DNA of 64,000 nt. Origin: Candidatus Latescibacterota bacterium. Its GTDB lineage: Bacteria; Latescibacterota; UBA2968; UBA8231. How positions within the stretch are numbered: position 1 is the stretch's first letter; the number at the start of each line of letters is the position of its first letter. The stretch lies in NCBI GenBank assembly GCA_965206595.1, contig OZ242214.1, positions 4,096,001-4,160,000 on the forward strand. Direction: 5' to 3'. The notes below the pieces were generated by a model. It saw nothing but the letters and a program-made list of their open reading frames with translations, did no database searches and was not told the DNA's origin. Shown piece after piece: positions 22,601 to 33,668 of this stretch. Both the position numbers and the translations under genes were made by a program.

Positions 22601-24745
22601 GCCGCTGACGGTTACCTTCAGCAGCTCTTCGTACCAGGCCACGGAAGGGGGCGATGGGCGGACCGTGACGGTGCGGCTGTCGCCGGCCGCCCACCAGCAG
22701 GTGAGTATCCGGATCGAGGTGAACCCGGGTTCGGGCACCGAGTCGGGCGACTACCGCGTGAGCGGCCTGACCAACGGCGCCCTGAGGTTCGCGGAGGGCG
22801 ACCGAACGAAGTCGTTCACGATCACGGCCAACCGGGACAGCGACCGCGACGACGAGTCCGTGAGCCTGGGCTTCGGCACCCTGCCTTCGGGGGTGAGCGC
22901 CGGCTCGCCGGCCCGCGCCACGGTGACCCTGGTGGACGTCAACCGCCCGCCGGTGATTTCCGGGCCGGAGTCCCAGTCGGTGCCCGAGAAGCGCACGGCG
23001 GTGGCCTCCTATAGGGTCAGCGACCCGGACGGCGATGCGACCCGCTGGTTGACCCTGACGGTACGAATGCCGGCGCCTTCACGTTCACCGGGGGCGCCTT
23101 GCGCTTCGTCCGCGCCCCGGACTACGAGAGCGATCCCCGCCGCTACGAGGTCACCGTGCGGGCCACCGATGGAGAGCGGCCCACCGACTATCCGGTGACG
23201 GTGACGGTGACCAACGTGGACGAGGCCGGCTCGGTGTCCCTGTCGACGACGCGCCCCCAGGTGGGCCAACGCCTGCTTGCGGAGTTGACCGACCCGGACG
23301 GAGGCGTGACCGGGGCCTCCTGGCGCTGGCAGCGGTTGCCACCCGGACCCGGTTCGCGGCAGCCGGAGTCCTCGACCGAGAGCGTGAGGGCGCCGGGCTC
23401 GACGTCGCCGCCGTACACGCCCACGTCGCAGGACGCCGGGCTGGTGCTGCGGGCGCGGGTGGACTACGACGACGCCCACGGGCCGGGCAAGGCGGCGGCC
23501 AGCGGCGAGACCGCCCCGGTGGTCACCGTGCCGTCGGTGCCGAGGGATTTCACCGCAGAAGCCGGCAACAGGCAGGTGGCGCTGTCGTGGCGGGCGCCGG
23601 TCTCCGACGGCGGCCTGTCCCTGACGGGCTACGAGTACCGGCGCCGGGCCGGCGGCTCCTGGTCGGGCTGGACCGGGGTGGGCACGAATACGACCCGGAC
23701 GGTGACCGGGCTGAGCAACGGCACTCGCTACCGCTTCGAGGTGCGGGCGCGCAACGCGGCCGGGGCGGGTGCGGCGGCCAGCGCCTCGGCGACCCCGGTC
23801 CAGCCCAACCGGGCCCCGTATTTCACCCGGGGGCCCACCAGCGTCTCCTTCGCCGAGAACGGCAGCGGCCCGGTGGGCCGGTACACGGCCAGGGACCCGG
23901 ACGGCGACGCCATCACCTGGTCGAGGACGGGTACGGAGGCGAGCGCTTTCCAGCTGGAGGGGACCGGCACGACGCGCACCCTCACCTTCGACACGGCGCC
24001 CGACTACGAGGCCGGGAGGTCCCACCAGGTGACCCTCGAGGTCAGCGACGGGTCGCTGCAGGCGGAGCGAACGGTGAGGGTGAGGGTAACCGACGAGCCC
24101 GAGCCGCCGGACCCGCCCTCCGGGGTGAGGGTGAGCGCGCCGGACAACATGGGCCATGAGCGCCTGGAGGTGAGCTGGACGGCCCCGGACAACCGCGGCC
24201 GGCCGGCGCTCAGCGGCAACGACGTGCACTACTGCAAGACCAACGAGGTCTTCTTTTGCGACAGCTACGGCATCTGGTCCTCGCTGACGGCCGGCGGCTC
24301 GGCCACCGGCACCCTGCTGACCGGGCTGTCGGCCCACACCGGCTACACCGTGCGGGTGCGGGCCCGCAACGCCGAAGGCACCAGCGGCTGGTCGGCGCGG
24401 GCCACCGGCCGCACCCGCTCGGCCGCGGCCAAGGCCCTGGCCGGGCAGCTGGCAAGGACCGGGATGAAAGGACTGGCCGCCCTGGCCGCGCCCAACCCCT
24501 TCAACCCCAGCACCACCCTCTATTTCCAGCTGACCGAAACCGGGGAGGCCTCCCTGGTCGTCTACAGCCTCGCCGGGCAGGTGGTCAAAACCCTGATACC
24601 CAACCGCACCCTGAAAGCCGGAATACACCGGGTGGACTGGGAGGGACAAGACCAGCAGGGACGCCCCGTGGCCGCCGGCGTCTACCTCTACCGGCTCGCC
24701 GCCGGAGATCAGGCCATCGTGCGAAAAATGACCCTGTTGAGATGA
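16675..24745 (+). CDS. Giant surface protein (Fn3, Calx-beta-like, cadherin-like and Ig-like repeats; C-terminal FlgD-Ig/CTD-like domain), 5'-truncated and frameshifted
   Basis: ORFs 16669..18495, 18473..23014, 22503..23198 and 23099..24745 join up; GLTNG..Y.FEVRA, PDYE/PDFE, F.SSSY.A.EG; ends APNPFNPSTT...GVYLYRL...RKMTLLR. Confidence 0.85.
18296..18765 (+). repeat. About 241-bp tandem duplication, first copy degenerate at its 3' end
   Basis: GAGGCGCGCTGGCGCTGG...GGGTTGAAG identical at ~18307 and ~18548. Confidence 0.85.
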
Positions 24746-25156
24746 CAGGAGCATTGGCTGATGCAGGCATCACGCCACACGTCAGGGGCAGCTGAGGACA
24801 CGACGGCGGAAGTGGACGAGGCTAATCGATTCTTCTTCGTCCTGTCTCCGGCGGCCCTGACGTTGGGCTGATTGCCCGAGCCGGGCCCGTCCGAGACCCA
24901 CGCAGGACGGGCTCGGCGATCGCTTCGGTATCCGACCGGAATCAGCGGTAACCTTTTTATCCAGCAAGGCCGAGTTCGGGTGGATCCTGAGTTTCGGCTG
25001 CGGGAGTAGGGAGTCTCCCCCCGATTGTCCGCCCGCCTTCAAGGCTGCGGGAGGCCGGTGCTCCGGTCCGATCTCTTGCGGCCTGCGCCGACTGCCCTTC
25101 CTTTCTTTTCCGCCTTCCAGCGGTACTGAAGTCTCCCCGCAACCTGATTCCTCCGG

Positions 25157-27139
25157 ATGAAGCTGCTTCCCGTTCGCACAGTTGCTGTCATTGCGGCGCT
25201 GGCCCCCGCTCTGTCGCCACCGGGAGACGCAGAGGCCGCAACAACCTCAGCCGCCGCCTCGGCCGGCGGAATCTCCGGAGATGCCTGGCCCCGGACCTGG
25301 TTCGAGCCGCCCAGGACCGCATCCGAGCTCGGCATCGACAGCTTCCGCCAGTCGCCCTTGCTCGACGCCCAGGTGGCCGCCGGGGAGCTGCCCCCGGTAG
25401 AGGAGCGGCTCCCCGAGGACCCGATCGTCGCCGAGCCGTATCGTCGCATCGGCAAGTACGGGGGCACGGCCTCGATATTCGAGCCGGGCGTCTGGATCCT
25501 CAACCCGACCGAAGGGCCGTACCGGGTCGGCCCGCAGCTGAGCCGCAACCTGCCGAACTTCGCCGAGAGCGCCGAGTTCAGCGACGGCGGGCGAACCGTG
25601 ACCATCACCCTGCGCAAGGGGATCAGGTGGTCGGACGGGCATCCGCTGACAGCCGATGACTTCGCCTTCGACCTCGAGCACATAGAGCTGAACACCGACC
25701 TGACCCCGGTGGTGCTGCCGCTGTTCAAGGGAGCGAGGATCGAGATCCACGATCCCCAAAGGTTCAGCTACCACTTTCCGACGCCGCGGCCGCTGCTGCT
25801 CAAGTACATGGCCCACAGCGGCGAGCGCCTGCTGGGGCCTGCCCACTTCCTCAAGCGCTACCACCCGGCCTTCACCGACACGGCGCAGCTCGAGCGCGAG
25901 GCCGTGGAGCAGGGGCTGCAGGACTGGCGCAAGTACTTCGAGGTGGTCAACAGCATCCACGACCTCAAGGTCTTCCACCGGCCCGTCTTCTCGGCCTTCG
26001 CCGTCGTCAGCAAGACCTCGACCCGCTCCCGCTACCGGCGCAACCCCTACTACTTCAAGGTCGATCCCGAGGGCAACCAGCTTCCCTACATCGACTTCCT
26101 CGAGGTGCAGAAGGTCGGCAGCAAGGAGATCATGGCGGCCAAGGCCTCCACCGGCCAGGTGACGGTGGCCGGGCGCCAGCTGATGACGGCGGACATCCCG
26201 CTGTTCAAGCGCTACGAGGAGGAGAACGGGTACACGACCTACATCTGGCCGCGCTGCTACGGGTCCGACGTCGTCTTCCAGCTCAACATCACCCACCCGG
26301 AAGAGCGCCTGCGCCGGATCTTCGCAGACGCGAACTTTCGCCGCGCCATGTCGCTGGCCCTCGACCGCGACGAGATCAACGACATCCTCTATTTCGGGCA
26401 GGCGGTGCCGCGGCAGCTGACCGTCGTCCCCTCGAGCGAGTACTTCGAGCCCGCCTTCGCCGCGGCCTGGGCAACGCACGACCCGGAGAGGGCGGCGGCG
26501 CTTTTCGACGAGGCCGGGGTGCGCGACGGCGATGGCGACGGGTTCCGCGAGGGGCCGGACGGCGAGCCGCTGCACATCACCCTCGAGTACAGCCTGGGCG
26601 AGACCCCCAAGCAGAACACGGTCGAGCTGGCGGTCGCCCACTGGCGCGAGGCCGGCATACGGGTCGGCAGCAAGCAGATCAGCGGCTCCCTGCTGGCGAC
26701 GCGGGCAAAGGCCGGGCTCATGGACATGACCTTGTGGCACGCCGACCGGCAGGCGGACATCCTGTTTCCGATCGAGCCGTTCTGGTTCGTGCCGATGCAC
26801 ATCGGGCAGGAGCAGGGGGTGTGGTCGAAGTGGTCGCGGTGGTACCTGTCGCGCGGGCAGCTCGGATGGGAGCCCTCCGCGGAGGGGAAGCAGCTGCTCG
26901 CCTGGTGGGAGCGGCTGCGGCGGACCTCGGACGAGGAGGAGCGCCGCGAGATGGCCCGCAAGATCCTCGCCAGCCAGGCGCAGAACGTCTGGGGTATCGG
27001 GGTCGCCGGGCTCGCCCCCCACCCGGTGATCGTCCACGACGACCTGAAGAACGTGCCGGACCGGGGCTACTGGGGCTGGGACTCGCGCTGGTCCTGGCCC
27101 TACTACCCGGAGACCTGGTACCTGGATCCGGAGGGCTAG
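25157..27139 (+). CDS. ABC transporter substrate-binding protein, family 5
   Basis: Signal peptide; GELPPVEERLP, LRKGIRWSDGHPLTADD, RNPYYFKVDPEGNQLPYID. Confidence 0.93.
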   Translation: MKLLPVRTVAVIAALAPALSPPGDAEAATTSAAASAGGISGDAWPRTWFEPPRTASELGIDSFRQSPLLDAQVAAGELPPVEERLPEDPIVAEPYRRIGKYGGTASIFEPGVWILNPTEGPYRVGPQLSRNLPNFAESAEFSDGGRTVTITLRKGIRWSDGHPLTADDFAFDLEHIELNTDLTPVVLPLFKGARIEIHDPQRFSYHFPTPRPLLLKYMAHSGERLLGPAHFLKRYHPAFTDTAQLEREAVEQGLQDWRKYFEVVNSIHDLKVFHRPVFSAFAVVSKTSTRSRYRRNPYYFKVDPEGNQLPYIDFLEVQKVGSKEIMAAKASTGQVTVAGRQLMTADIPLFKRYEEENGYTTYIWPRCYGSDVVFQLNITHPEERLRRIFADANFRRAMSLALDRDEINDILYFGQAVPRQLTVVPSSEYFEPAFAAAWATHDPERAAALFDEAGVRDGDGDGFREGPDGEPLHITLEYSLGETPKQNTVELAVAHWREAGIRVGSKQISGSLLATRAKAGLMDMTLWHADRQADILFPIEPFWFVPMHIGQEQGVWSKWSRWYLSRGQLGWEPSAEGKQLLAWWERLRRTSDEEERREMARKILASQAQNVWGIGVAGLAPHPVIVHDDLKNVPDRGYWGWDSRWSWPYYPETWYLDPEG

Positions 27140-27143
27140 CGAC

Positions 27144-28127
27144 TTGGCCGGCTACATCCTCAGGCGCATGCTGCTCATGATCCCGACGCTGCTGGTGATC
27201 TCGGTGCTGGTGTTCGTCATCATCCAGCTGCCGCCGGGCGACATCATCACCTCGCGCCTGTCCGAGCTGCAGCAGCAGGGCCGCGACATCTCGGAAGAGG
27301 CGGTCGCCGCCCTGCGCCAGCGCTATCACCTCAACGATCCGCTGCCGGTCCAGTACTGGCGCTGGATCACCGGCTTCGTCCGCGGCGACATGGGGTACTC
27401 GGTCATGTACGGGCAGTCGGTGGGCACCCTGATCTGGGAACGGCTCGGCTACACCCTGGTGCTGACCTTCTCGGCGACCCTGTTCACCTGGCTGGTCGCC
27501 TTTCCCGTCGGGGTGCTGTCGGCGTTGCGCCAATACTCCGCCTTCGACTACGCCGCCACGGTGCTTGCCTTTCTCGGGCTGGCGACCCCGAACTTCCTGC
27601 TCGCCCTGGTGCTGATGTACATCGGCTACGACTGGTTCGGCATCGCCATAGGGGGGCTGTTCTCCCCGGAGTACGCCTCGGCGCCCTGGAGCGGGGCCAA
27701 GCTCGTCGACCTGCTGTCGCACCTGTGGATCCCGGCGGTCGTCCTGGGCACCGCGGGCATGGCCGGGCTGATGCGCGTCATGCGCGCCAACCTGCTCGAC
27801 GAGCTGGGCAAGCCGTACGTGACCACCGCCCTGGCCAAGGGGCTGAGCCCGGGGCGGCTGGTGGTCAAGTACCCGATGCGCATCGCCATCAACCCCTTCA
27901 TCAGCACCGTCGGCTGGATGCTGCCGCACCTGCTGTCCGGGGCCGCCATCACCAGCGTCGTCCTCAGCCTGCCGACCACCGGGCCGCTGCTGCTCGAGTC
28001 GCTCAAGAACCAGGACATGTACCTCGCCGGCAGCTTCCTGATGATGCTCAGCACCCTGACCGTGATCGGCACCCTGATCTCCGACATCCTGCTGGCCGCG
28101 GTCGACCCGAGGATCCGCTACGAATGA
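27144..28127 (+). CDS. ABC permease (OppB/DppB-like)
   Basis: YILRRML, YVTTALAKGL, DPRIRY. Confidence 0.93.
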   Translation: MAGYILRRMLLMIPTLLVISVLVFVIIQLPPGDIITSRLSELQQQGRDISEEAVAALRQRYHLNDPLPVQYWRWITGFVRGDMGYSVMYGQSVGTLIWERLGYTLVLTFSATLFTWLVAFPVGVLSALRQYSAFDYAATVLAFLGLATPNFLLALVLMYIGYDWFGIAIGGLFSPEYASAPWSGAKLVDLLSHLWIPAVVLGTAGMAGLMRVMRANLLDELGKPYVTTALAKGLSPGRLVVKYPMRIAINPFISTVGWMLPHLLSGAAITSVVLSLPTTGPLLLESLKNQDMYLAGSFLMMLSTLTVIGTLISDILLAAVDPRIRYE

Positions 28128-29260
28128 GCGAGCCGGCGACCAGCGTCACGCATTCCCCGGAAGCGGCCGCGGCCGCGGGGGAGGATCTCTACTTCGCCTC
28201 GCAGTGGAGGCTGATGTGGCTGCGCTTCCGCCGCCACCGGCTGGCGCTGGCCGGGGGGGCCGTCCTTCTGGCCCTGTACTTCGCCGCGGCCTTCTGCGAG
28301 TTCCTGGCGCCGCTGTCCCCGGACCGGAGACACGCCCGCTACGTGCAGTGTCCGCCGCAGAAGATCCGCTTCTTCGATGCCGAAGGATCCTTCCACCTGC
28401 GGCCGTTCATCTACGGACTCGAGAGAGAAGGGGTGGACGAATGGCAGCGCCGCTACGTGCCCGACACCGAAGTCGTGTACCCGCTGCGGCTGTTCGCCAC
28501 CGGGGCGGAGTACGAAATGTGGGGGCTGTTCAGCGCCGACCTGCACCTGTTCGCCGCCGGGGAGGGGGCGCCGCTGTTCCTGTTCGGCACCGACGATCTC
28601 GGCCGCGACCTGTTCAGCCGCGTTCTCTACGGCTCCCGCATCTCCCTCACCATCGGGCTCGTCGGGGTGGCGCTGACCTTCTTCATCGGCATCCTGCTCG
28701 GCGGCCTCGCCGGGTACTTCGGCGGCTGGCCGGACATCCTGGTGCAGCGCTGCATCGAGATCCTGATGAGCATTCCGCAGCTGCCGCTGTGGATGGCCCT
28801 GAGCGCGGCGCTGCCGGCGGACTGGCCGCCGCTGGGGACCTATTTCGGCATCACCCTCATCCTCTCGCTGATGGGCTGGACCGGGCTCGCCCGGGTGGTG
28901 CGCGGCCGCTTCCTGTCGCTGCGCGAGGAGGATTTCGTCGTTGCCGCGCGCCTCTCCGGGACCGGCGAGCTCGGCATCATCTTCCGGCACCTGCTGCCCT
29001 CGTTCCTGAGCCACGTTATCACCTCGGCGACCCTGGCGGTGCCGGGGATGATCCTCGGGGAGACGGCGCTCAGCTTCCTCGGGATAGGGCTGCGCTCACC
29101 GGTGGTGAGCTGGGGGGTGCTGCTGCAGAAGGCGCAGAATTTCCAGGCGGTGGCCATGGCCCCCTGGCTGCTGCTGCCGGGGCTGTTCATCGTCGTCGCC
29201 GTGCTCGCTTTCAACCTCGTCGGAGACGGCATGCGGGATGCCGCCGACCCCTACAGTTGA
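28124..29260 (+). CDS. ABC permease (OppC/DppC-like)
   Basis: GTDDLGRDLFSR, LSFLGIG, GDGMRDAADP. Confidence 0.93.
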   Translation: MSEPATSVTHSPEAAAAAGEDLYFASQWRLMWLRFRRHRLALAGGAVLLALYFAAAFCEFLAPLSPDRRHARYVQCPPQKIRFFDAEGSFHLRPFIYGLEREGVDEWQRRYVPDTEVVYPLRLFATGAEYEMWGLFSADLHLFAAGEGAPLFLFGTDDLGRDLFSRVLYGSRISLTIGLVGVALTFFIGILLGGLAGYFGGWPDILVQRCIEILMSIPQLPLWMALSAALPADWPPLGTYFGITLILSLMGWTGLARVVRGRFLSLREEDFVVAARLSGTGELGIIFRHLLPSFLSHVITSATLAVPGMILGETALSFLGIGLRSPVVSWGVLLQKAQNFQAVAMAPWLLLPGLFIVVAVLAFNLVGDGMRDAADPYS

Positions 29261-29288
29261 TCCGATGGGATTCGATGGATCGGCCGGC

Positions 29289-30338
29289 ATGACCGCAGGC
29301 CCCGGCAGGACAGCTTCCCGGGAACCCCTGCTCGAGGTGCGCGACCTCGAGGTCCGCATCGAGCGGGACACCGGGGTGGTGCGGCCGCTCAACGGCGTCA
29401 GCTTCCGCGTCGAGGAGGGGCAGTCGGTGGCCATCGTCGGGGAGAGCGGCTGCGGAAAGACCATGGCGGCGAACGCCCTGCTGCGTATTCTGCCGCGGTC
29501 CTCCGAGATCACCGGGGGCGAGATGCTCTTCCGGCCCGGGAACGGCGGATCCGCGGTCGACCTGGCGCGGCTCGACCCGGGCGGCAGGGAGATGCGCGCC
29601 ATCCGCGGCGGCGAAATCTCGATGATCTTCCAGGAGCCGATGACGGCCTTCTCGCCGGTGCACACCATCGGCAACCAGATCGCCGAGATGATCCGCCTGC
29701 ACGACGGCGCTCTCGACGCGGAGCAGCGGCGGCAGCGCGTGGCCGAGCTGCTCGACCGGGTGGGGATTCCGCAGCCCGCGGAGCGCGCCCGCGACTACCC
29801 GTTCCAACTTTCGGGGGGGATGCGGCAGCGCGCCATGATCGCCATGGCGCTGGCGAGCAGTCCCCGCCTGCTGATCGCGGACGAGCCGACCACCGCCCTC
29901 GACGTCACCGTGCAGGCGCGAGTGCTCAAGCTGATCGAGCGCATGCAGCGGGAGCTCGACCTGGCGCTGATGCTGATCACCCACGACCTCGGGGTGGTCG
30001 CGCACACGGTGAGCTACGTGTACGTCATGTACCTCGGCCGCGTCGTCGAGGAGGGCCCGGTGGAGAGGATCTTCGATGCGCCGGCGCACCCGTACACCGC
30101 CGCCCTGCTGCGCTCGATACCCAACCTCGCGGCCAGGGCGGAAAAGCTCGAGCCGATCGAGGGGAGCGTTCCCAGCGCCCATGCGCTGCCGTCCGGATGC
30201 CCCTTTCACCCCCGCTGCCGCGAGAAGGTGGGGGAGGTCTGCGAACGGGAGATGCCGGGGCGCGTCGCGGTGCGGCCGGGCCATTTCGCCAGCTGTTTCA
30301 AGCTGACCGACGGAACCGGGGAAGGGGAAAATGGCTGA
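29289..30338 (+). CDS. ABC ATP-binding protein (OppD-like)
   Basis: [33 protein letters not shown]. Confidence 0.93.
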   Translation: MTAGPGRTASREPLLEVRDLEVRIERDTGVVRPLNGVSFRVEEGQSVAIVGESGCGKTMAANALLRILPRSSEITGGEMLFRPGNGGSAVDLARLDPGGREMRAIRGGEISMIFQEPMTAFSPVHTIGNQIAEMIRLHDGALDAEQRRQRVAELLDRVGIPQPAERARDYPFQLSGGMRQRAMIAMALASSPRLLIADEPTTALDVTVQARVLKLIERMQRELDLALMLITHDLGVVAHTVSYVYVMYLGRVVEEGPVERIFDAPAHPYTAALLRSIPNLAARAEKLEPIEGSVPSAHALPSGCPFHPRCREKVGEVCEREMPGRVAVRPGHFASCFKLTDGTGEGENG

Positions 30339-31374
30339 GCTGCCCGGCGGGACGATCCTGCAGGTCGACGGCCTCAGCAAGCACTTCCCGGTGCGGCGGG
30401 GGCTGCTGCGCCGGGTCGCGGGAACGGTCCGCGCGGTCGACGGCGTCAGCTTCCGCCTCGACGCCGGGCACACCCTGGGGCTGGTCGGGGAGAGCGGCTG
30501 CGGCAAGACCACCACCGGGCGTCTGATCCTGCGCGCTCTCGACCCGACCGCCGGCAGCATTCTCTTCAGGCGCGGCGACGGACAGGTGGTCGACCTTGCC
30601 CGGCTCGAGGGCCGCGCGATCGTGGAGGCGCGCCGCGACATGCAGATGATCTTCCAGGACCCGTACTCCTCCCTGAATCCCCGCATGCCGGTGATGGACC
30701 TGATCTCCGAGCCGCTCAGGGCCCGGGGCTGGGACCGCGGCCGCTGCGAGCGCCGCGTCGCCGAGCTGATGGAGCGGGTTGGGCTCGACCCGCGCTACAT
30801 CCGCCGCTACCCCCACGCCTTCAGCGGCGGCCAGCGGCAGCGCATCGGCATCGCCCGCGCCCTGGCGGTCAGCCCCTCGCTGATCGTCGCCGACGAGCCG
30901 GTCTCCGCCCTCGACGTCAGCGTGCAGGCGCAGATCCTCAACCTGCTGCGGCAGCTGCAGCGGGAGCTGAAGCTGACTCTCCTGTTCATCGCCCACGATC
31001 TCAGCGTGGTGCGCTACCTGTGCGACCGCGTCGCCGTGATGTACCGGGGCCGCCTTGTCGAGCAGGGGGAGACTGAGACGCTGTTCACCAGGCCGCGGCA
31101 TCCCTACACCGCGACCCTGCTGCACGCGGCGCCGCCGCCCGACCCGCACGCTCCCTGGAGGGTCGCCGGGGAGGAGGACGCCGATGCCGCGGGGGAACCA
31201 CCGGGGGCTTCCGATGCGGTGGAGGGGGGTTGCGCCTTCGCGCCCAGATGCCGGCACTGCGTCGACCTCTGCCGCAGCCGGGAGCCGGCGCTCGAGGAGA
31301 CCGGCAGCGAGGGCGGGTTTCCGCACGTCGCCGCCTGCCACCGCAAGCAGGAGATCGAACTGCAGGGCCTGTGA
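30331..31374 (+). CDS. ABC ATP-binding protein (OppF-like)
   Basis: [25 protein letters not shown]. Confidence 0.93.
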   Translation: MAELPGGTILQVDGLSKHFPVRRGLLRRVAGTVRAVDGVSFRLDAGHTLGLVGESGCGKTTTGRLILRALDPTAGSILFRRGDGQVVDLARLEGRAIVEARRDMQMIFQDPYSSLNPRMPVMDLISEPLRARGWDRGRCERRVAELMERVGLDPRYIRRYPHAFSGGQRQRIGIARALAVSPSLIVADEPVSALDVSVQAQILNLLRQLQRELKLTLLFIAHDLSVVRYLCDRVAVMYRGRLVEQGETETLFTRPRHPYTATLLHAAPPPDPHAPWRVAGEEDADAAGEPPGASDAVEGGCAFAPRCRHCVDLCRSREPALEETGSEGGFPHVAACHRKQEIELQGL

Positions 31375-31393
31375 CCGCGGGGCGGCGGTCAGG

Positions 31394-32347
31394 TCAATCG
31401 AGGTTGTAGGCGCGCGCCGCGGTGTCGTGGAACAGGGCCCTGAGCTCGTCTTCCTCCAGGTCCCGCGTCCAATCCAGGAAAAGCCCGTACAGCGCCGCGA
31501 ACGAGATCCCGCGGATCTTGTCGACCGGGTAGTTGCTGGCGAACATGCAGCGCTCCGGGCCGAAGACGTCGATCACCTCGCGGACGAGATCCCGCACCTT
31601 GGCCTGCCTGCCGGGGTCGCTGTGAAACCCGGCGCGGGCGAACCACAGCATCGACAGCTTGATGCAGATATTCGGCAGCGAAGCCAGGCCCTCGATGCCG
31701 TCGCGCCACAGCTCCTCGTGGGCGTCGTCCTCGCCGTCGTGGAGGAATCCGAGATGGTTGGCGACGACTCGCAGGCCGGCAAAGTCCGCGAACACCCTGA
31801 CGGCGCCGGGGATCTGGTGGGGATGGCAAGAGAGATCGAAGGCGAGGCCGCGGCTGGCGAGCAACTCGAGGCCCTCGCGGAACCGGGGAGTGTGCATGAG
31901 CTCGCCGCCGGCGACCTGCGGCCAGGTGAGATCCGGGTTGTCCGGGTGGTGGTTGAGGATCATGCGGACCCCGCGCAGCCGCGAGGAGGAGGCCTCGATA
32001 TGCCGCTCGAGGGTGCGCTCGGCCGCGGCGGGATCGCCGGCGAGATTGAGGTAGGCGACCATGTAGGAAGGCCGCTCCGCCTGCGTCGCCTCGACCTGGG
32101 CGGACACCCACTCGGTCTCCGAGACCGTGTCCACCGCGGCCCCCCCCTCCATCTGGCCGACCACGGTTTCGACGTGGATCCGGGAAACCAGGTTCAGCCG
32201 CGGCGGCAGGGTGGCGGCGTCGGCGTCGTAGTCCGCGGCCCGGTAGGCCCGCAGCAGCTCTTCGGCTTCGGGACCGAGGTTCGGGTTGGGGCGGTCGTCG
32301 AGGTCCCACATGTGGAAGTGGGGATCGCACAGCGGCAGGGTATTCAT
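31394..32347 (-). CDS. Amidohydrolase_2 family (sugar lactonase-like)
   Basis: DPHFHMWD, NHLG, IKLS, FGPERCMFASNYPVD. Confidence 0.85.
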   Translation of the reverse strand: MNTLPLCDPHFHMWDLDDRPNPNLGPEAEELLRAYRAADYDADAATLPPRLNLVSRIHVETVVGQMEGGAAVDTVSETEWVSAQVEATQAERPSYMVAYLNLAGDPAAAERTLERHIEASSSRLRGVRMILNHHPDNPDLTWPQVAGGELMHTPRFREGLELLASRGLAFDLSCHPHQIPGAVRVFADFAGLRVVANHLGFLHDGEDDAHEELWRDGIEGLASLPNICIKLSMLWFARAGFHSDPGRQAKVRDLVREVIDVFGPERCMFASNYPVDKIRGISFAALYGLFLDWTRDLEEDELRALFHDTAARAYNLD

Positions 32348-32415
32348 GGCTCTCCTCGTTCGCGTGTTTTCCGCAGCCGGGTTTCAAGGGGCAACGCGGG
32401 GTGATCCGCGGCAAC

Positions 32416-33546
32416 CTACTCGATCACCTCGACGGTCATGTCCTCGATCGCGTTCCAGTCGAGGTCGACCCCGAGACCGGGGGCTTCCGGCATCTCGACG
32501 TAACCGTCGGACATGCGCAGGGGGTTCCTGATCGCCGGGTTGGTGTGGCTTTCGAACGGAGGGTGCACCTCGAGCAGGGAACCGTTCTCGATGGCGCCGT
32601 TGACGTTGATCGACGAGAACCCCCACATGTGGCCGTGTGCGGACACGTGCAGGGTGGCTCCGAAGGCGAAGGTGAGCTGGGCGAGCTTGAGCATCTCGGT
32701 GATTCCCCCCATGTCGATCGCCGGCTTGAGGGCGTCGACCGCCCCCATGGACAGCATCTGCGCGTAGCTGTGCAGCTGGTGGGGGAAGTACTCGCCGGCG
32801 ACGACGGGGATCTCCAGGGCGTCTCGCACCTGCTTGTACCCGCTGAAGTCATGGTCGCGCAGCGGTTCCTCGAACCAGGTGAATTCGTGCTCCTCAAGGG
32901 CTCTTCCGACCCGGATCGCTTCCTTGACGTCGTAGTAGCCGACGGCGTCGTGCATCAGGTGGAAGTCCGGACCCACGGCATCCCGCAGTTCCCCGGCGAG
33001 CTCGGTCATGAACCTGGGACCGGCGTAGCAGTGGTCCTTGCTTCCGAGGTACCCCTCTTCCTTGACCCGCAGGGCGAAATCGAGGAAGTGGTCCTTCCTC
33101 AGCCCCTCCGGGCCCAGGGTGCCGGACTGGGTCCGGTACGCCGGCACCTTGTCGCGGCAGGCCCCGAGCAGGCGCCAGACCGGCAGGCCGTGCCGCTTGC
33201 CGGCGATGTCCCAGAGGGCGGTGTCGATGGCGCCGCGCAGCTTCTTCGGCGGCCAGGTGAGGCGCTCGAACATCAGCAGGTCGTGCCACAGCCGCTCGCG
33301 CCCGAGGGCGTCGCGGCCGACCAGGTGGTCGGGGAAGCGGGTGGTGATTATGCGCGCGGTCTCCGCGTCGATCTCGTTGCACCAGCCCTCGATGCCGTCC
33401 TCGGTGAGGATCCGGAGCAGGCCGTCGCCGGTGCCGGAGTGCGGATCGTCGAGCATATGTACCTTGAGGGCGGTGATCGGAAGCGGGTCGTAGCCCTCGC
33501 GTTCTACCGGCTGCCAGGGGCCGGCGCTGCGGTTGTCGGTTACCAT
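32416..33546 (-). CDS. Mandelate racemase/muconate lactonising enzyme family (enolase superfamily)
   Basis: AIDTALWDIAGK, LMHD, WFEEP, AGE. Confidence 0.9.
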   Translation of the reverse strand: MVTDNRSAGPWQPVEREGYDPLPITALKVHMLDDPHSGTGDGLLRILTEDGIEGWCNEIDAETARIITTRFPDHLVGRDALGRERLWHDLLMFERLTWPPKKLRGAIDTALWDIAGKRHGLPVWRLLGACRDKVPAYRTQSGTLGPEGLRKDHFLDFALRVKEEGYLGSKDHCYAGPRFMTELAGELRDAVGPDFHLMHDAVGYYDVKEAIRVGRALEEHEFTWFEEPLRDHDFSGYKQVRDALEIPVVAGEYFPHQLHSYAQMLSMGAVDALKPAIDMGGITEMLKLAQLTFAFGATLHVSAHGHMWGFSSINVNGAIENGSLLEVHPPFESHTNPAIRNPLRMSDGYVEMPEAPGLGVDLDWNAIEDMTVEVIE

Positions 33547-33668
33547 TGCAAAACCTCCCTCGGGGAGCTTGGCGGGATCGTGGCAGAAGGGATATACTCA
33601 GGAAAACGCCAATCGGCCGCGCCCGGGAGGGGCGTCCGGCCGCGGACATCGGAACAAGTGAGACGACC

